A stretch of 64,000 nt of DNA from Candidatus Poribacteria bacterium (GTDB taxonomy: Bacteria; Poribacteria; WGA-4E; WGA-3G), in the NCBI GenBank assembly GCA_965205015.1, contig OZ242029.1, positions 4,768,001-4,832,000 of the forward strand, given 5' to 3'. Below are positions 60,772-64,000 of this stretch, piece by piece (the first letter of the stretch is position 1; each line of letters starts with the position of its first letter). A program made the position numbers and the translations under genes. Under the pieces are notes generated by a model. That model saw only the letters and a program-made list of their open reading frames with translations, had not been told where the DNA came from and ran no database searches.

Positions 60772-61902
60772 CTACAAATTCCGATGGACAGCCACCCTTG
60801 TCCTACCAATGTTCGCAACCTCACAGTAGGCATCAACTCGCTTTGCGATGTCAAGCAATTGCGCCTCTGATATATCCCCCGACGGCTCCAAGTCCGTCAC
60901 CAGATGTGTCAGTTCCTCGTCTGCATCAATAGCACCGCGATGCGCCAATTCCTCCAAAAAAGTCGGTGTGTCCAAATTCGGATTGACCCGCCAACGGTTT
61001 CCAAGATCCGTCCTGAACGTGTCGCGAATATGCCTTAAAATTTCAGGGCGCGTGTTGCCTTTCTGATACAGGTCGGTCATGGCGTGGACGTACTCGGCAC
61101 TCAAACGTCTACTTTTCTCCTGCACATCTAACGGCTTTCCAAACCGACGCCCCCTTAGCATGAGAAAAACGAACAGGATGATGCAGATATAGACAGCCCC
61201 CAAACCACCCCGTGTCCCAAACACGAGTGCCGCAAACGGATCCGGGGGTTTTGTCTCAGTCGTGTAATATCTCTTTTCAGCAAGTCCAATTCGTGCGTTG
61301 CGTGGCAGCATTGATAGGAGATTATAGAGGAGCGTAGCGTTCCCCTCATCATACCGTAGTCCATTTTTGTGGAATAGATAAGCAGATGCGATGAGGAAGA
61401 CGCGTCCTGCACCCTGGCGTAGCGTCACAACCACTGCGCCGTCCTCTGTTCCATAGAGCGCAGCGACTTCGCGCCCCAGAGGCTCAAGCACAAAATTTGT
61501 ACGGACGCGAATCTCGTCGACTGGATGCTGCGGAAAGAACGGCTCGTCCGCAATTCGGTGTGAAAATTCCCGACTTTCTGGTAACTCGCGCAGTTTCAAA
61601 CCATACACACTGAAAAATCTGTCCAAGACTCGGTCGTTCCCAGCCACAATTAAGGTGCCGCCGGTATTGACGAAATCCTGTATCTCCTTAACTTCCGTTT
61701 CCGTCGGCGCCTTGTTGAGATCCTGCAGGAACAAGGCATCGTATCGCTCCAAACGCGCAGGATATATCTCGGATATTTCCGTGACGCGGAACTTCAGCTG
61801 ATGTAAGGTCCGATGCAGGACGGTGCCGTCGATAAATGAATCACACGACATCTGAAAGCAGATAAGCGCAATTAAGATAGGGGCAAATTTAGTGCCGAGC
61901 AT
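60772..61902 (-). CDS. DUF4350-like protein of the MoxR cluster
   Basis: FVNTGGTLIVAG, GAGRV..A, TM helix then GRRFG. Confidence 0.7.
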   Translation of the reverse strand: MLGTKFAPILIALICFQMSCDSFIDGTVLHRTLHQLKFRVTEISEIYPARLERYDALFLQDLNKAPTETEVKEIQDFVNTGGTLIVAGNDRVLDRFFSVYGLKLRELPESREFSHRIADEPFFPQHPVDEIRVRTNFVLEPLGREVAALYGTEDGAVVVTLRQGAGRVFLIASAYLFHKNGLRYDEGNATLLYNLLSMLPRNARIGLAEKRYYTTETKPPDPFAALVFGTRGGLGAVYICIILFVFLMLRGRRFGKPLDVQEKSRRLSAEYVHAMTDLYQKGNTRPEILRHIRDTFRTDLGNRWRVNPNLDTPTFLEELAHRGAIDADEELTHLVTDLEPSGDISEAQLLDIAKRVDAYCEVANIGRTRVAVHRNL

Positions 61903-62515
61903 AGACTTTCTGTAATAGGTCTCGGTAATCCGCGAGGGTTTTTGCATCGCACGGTTTATGTCCGTACCACACCTCATCAAAAAGGGTAACCACGGGTCCG
62001 AGCGTCGTCTGCAGGTCAACCTCCGCTTGTGCTTGATGGAGATATTCGCGATTGGTGAGACTCTTATCGTAAGGGAGTACGCCGCGTTCCTGAAGATGCA
62101 AAATCGCCGAGAGATATAGGAAACGGAGCGCACCGCGAAAGTCGCTCGCTGCTTCCGCTGTCTCCGCAGACGCAAGGGCAGCCCGCTCCGTCTCTACGCG
62201 CGCCTGTGCGGTATTTGACCCATCGTCGCGCGCTTCAACAATCAGGTGCCTTCGGATTTGTCGGATAAAAAAGACGACTACAATTGTCAGGGCGACAGCC
62301 CCAAGCGGGAACAACACATACCTGAGATCCGCATCCCATCCCTCCCTGGGTTCCAGGATCTTCGCCAAAGCCTTCCGGTATTCTTCGTAAGAGACATCCA
62401 TCTGTGCTCGCGTCTCTAATTCTTCGCGAAATGTCTGTTCTTCAACCGTCATCCCGAACAGTTGGGAAACTGTGATGAAACAGACGATAACGCCAACGCA
62501 AACCCACTTTTTCAC
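61889..62515 (-). CDS. DUF4129 domain protein
   Basis: FRGALRFLYL...L..RG....KSLTNREY, FDEVWYG. Confidence 0.8.
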   Translation of the reverse strand: MKKWVCVGVIVCFITVSQLFGMTVEEQTFREELETRAQMDVSYEEYRKALAKILEPREGWDADLRYVLFPLGAVALTIVVVFFIRQIRRHLIVEARDDGSNTAQARVETERAALASAETAEAASDFRGALRFLYLSAILHLQERGVLPYDKSLTNREYLHQAQAEVDLQTTLGPVVTLFDEVWYGHKPCDAKTLADYRDLLQKVYARH

Positions 62516-62517
62516 AG

Positions 62518-63618
62518 TTATACCGCCTCTTTTAGAGCGTTCGATTCCACACACACCCGTTCCAAATATAGTAGCGTCGTTAAAATTGCCCATATTGACA
62601 CCCAAAAGGTAGCGATCAAACCGCTGACGATACGAATTGCCATCGTAGCAGGAACACTCAATAACTCCGGCAATACGACCTCAATATCACCACCTATGAA
62701 GAGGCTCAAGAATTTGAGAGGCGGTAACGCATCGCGAACCTGTGCGAGATCTGGGACGAATACAGAAAACACCAACAACACAGCACCAAGCAGCACAGAA
62801 GTAACAACTGAGGCGATCCAACCCGTCAGAAGATAGATTCCGAAGAAACGCACTCTCGCGCCACGCACCAACGCATGACTCCGGCGAAAAATGCCTATGA
62901 TGGAGTTGTTCTCAAGAATGAGACATGGATTGTAAAGGCTCAATGTCACCAGAAAATAGGCCTGGAAAGCCATAACCAGAATGAATGGCAATTCCATGGG
63001 TAAAGCCTGATACAGTGAAGGCACCAACCATGGAACCAAACCATAGAGAATATAGCTCATCAGATCCACAATTGTGACGAAAAATAAAAAAGCGATGAAA
63101 ATTTTAAAACCCTTACGTCCAGTCCACTGCCACATTTCACGGGCTGTTGGCGGCACTGAAACCCCTGAGCCGCCCGATATACGGGCAACAGCGAGGGATA
63201 ACGGACAGAATGTTAGTAGCAAGAGGATGAAAGGCCCGGACTCGAGGCTTCGGAAATTGAGCTCCCATTTCCACGTAATGCCTTTAGTGTCGGTTTTACT
63301 GAAATACGGAATCGGGTAGAGTTGCCAATCCGCACCCCGTGAGGGCCTCGTGTCTGTGATCAGGTTTTCCGTGGTATCCGTTATCGTTAGGTGAATTCCG
63401 CGGACAGTGTTGACATTACTGGTAACTGCGTAGACATTGGGATCCCAATCGCTAACATCCTTCTCAAATCGTGAGAGGGTATAGAACAACAAGGGAATCT
63501 CTAATATGACCGCGATAATCGCAACCGGCATCATAATCCGCCAGAACAGTCCCCAGTGACTGCGATACAGCGTGACAATTGTGCCGGCAAGGTCCTTGAT
63601 GTGCTGAGCGTTAGGCAT
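62518..63618 (-). CDS. Polytopic membrane protein of the MoxR cluster
   Basis: ILEN......FRRSHALVRG, TLLYL motifs. Confidence 0.65.
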   Translation of the reverse strand: MPNAQHIKDLAGTIVTLYRSHWGLFWRIMMPVAIIAVILEIPLLFYTLSRFEKDVSDWDPNVYAVTSNVNTVRGIHLTITDTTENLITDTRPSRGADWQLYPIPYFSKTDTKGITWKWELNFRSLESGPFILLLLTFCPLSLAVARISGGSGVSVPPTAREMWQWTGRKGFKIFIAFLFFVTIVDLMSYILYGLVPWLVPSLYQALPMELPFILVMAFQAYFLVTLSLYNPCLILENNSIIGIFRRSHALVRGARVRFFGIYLLTGWIASVVTSVLLGAVLLVFSVFVPDLAQVRDALPPLKFLSLFIGGDIEVVLPELLSVPATMAIRIVSGLIATFWVSIWAILTTLLYLERVCVESNALKEAV

Positions 63619-63663
63619 TCCGATTTCCTTGAGGTTGTGTGTGAAAGGGACGGAAATGCGTGC

Positions 63664-64000
63664 TTAATCCGTCACCTGCATCTCAATATCAAACGCCTCT
63701 TTCCGAATCCGTAAGTCAAAGTAGAGCAACGTAGAACCGATGATGCCGATCGGCATCGTGAGTGCCGTAATGCTGAGGGTCACCAAACGCCGAATCGTAT
63801 AAGAGACCCATCCAATTTCGCCTGGGGTTGGAAGAAAGAGTTGACGAAGTGTGTCTAAAACCCCCGTAGGTGGTTCGATTTCAGCAACCCCCATCCACGA
63901 GAGAAGGAATCCTGAAGATACCTCAAGTATAAAATTTATCATGAAAGCGATAAGAGAAACCGCCAACATAATTCCAAAAATTCGCCACCAAGTATCTTTC
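63664..64000 (-). CDS. Membrane protein, paralogous type (5' partial)
   Basis: C-terminal TLLYFDLRIRKEAFD. Confidence 0.7.
   Translation of the reverse strand, partial: KDTWWRIFGIMLAVSLIAFMINFILEVSSGFLLSWMGVAEIEPPTGVLDTLRQLFLPTPGEIGWVSYTIRRLVTLSITALTMPIGIIGSTLLYFDLRIRKEAFDIEMQVTD

Overview
Bacterial genomic window, probably Candidatus Poribacteria. This is inferred from the LamG proteins with a C-terminal TWGxLK tail, tandem PhyH dioxygenases, dockerin-like DVNxDGxVNILDL repeats and a Uma2 protein. 1-24.5 kb: housekeeping and envelope genes (hisD end, uppP, ispG, hisC, mutY) and a thioredoxin cluster in which two secreted dockerin-thioredoxin genes are split by in-frame TGA codons in UxxC motifs followed by SECIS-like hairpins (probable selenoproteins). 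24.5-47.4 kb: accessory/defence island with TA modules, a phosphorothioate-sensing SBD-HNH nuclease, an sspBCD-like cluster followed by DUF262-HNH and a GHKL ATPase, R-M and sigma-factor remnants, a His-rich repeat protein, a barrel-TonB fusion and a cholesterol oxidase. Four operons in this island carry a repeated leader: sigma70 promoter, 44-50 codon uORF, poly-C tract, two hairpins and a U-tract. In every copy the current frame stops just after the C tract, while a one-base change in tract length opens a frame that crosses the terminator-like structure; this is a candidate slippage-controlled attenuator. 47.4-64 kb: PhyH/ankyrin/AAC(3)/TPR genes, an IS4 remnant and a MoxR-DUF58-RDD-SpoIIM cluster. 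No rRNA, tRNA or CRISPR array was recognised. All family calls come from reading motifs by eye; no database searches were run.
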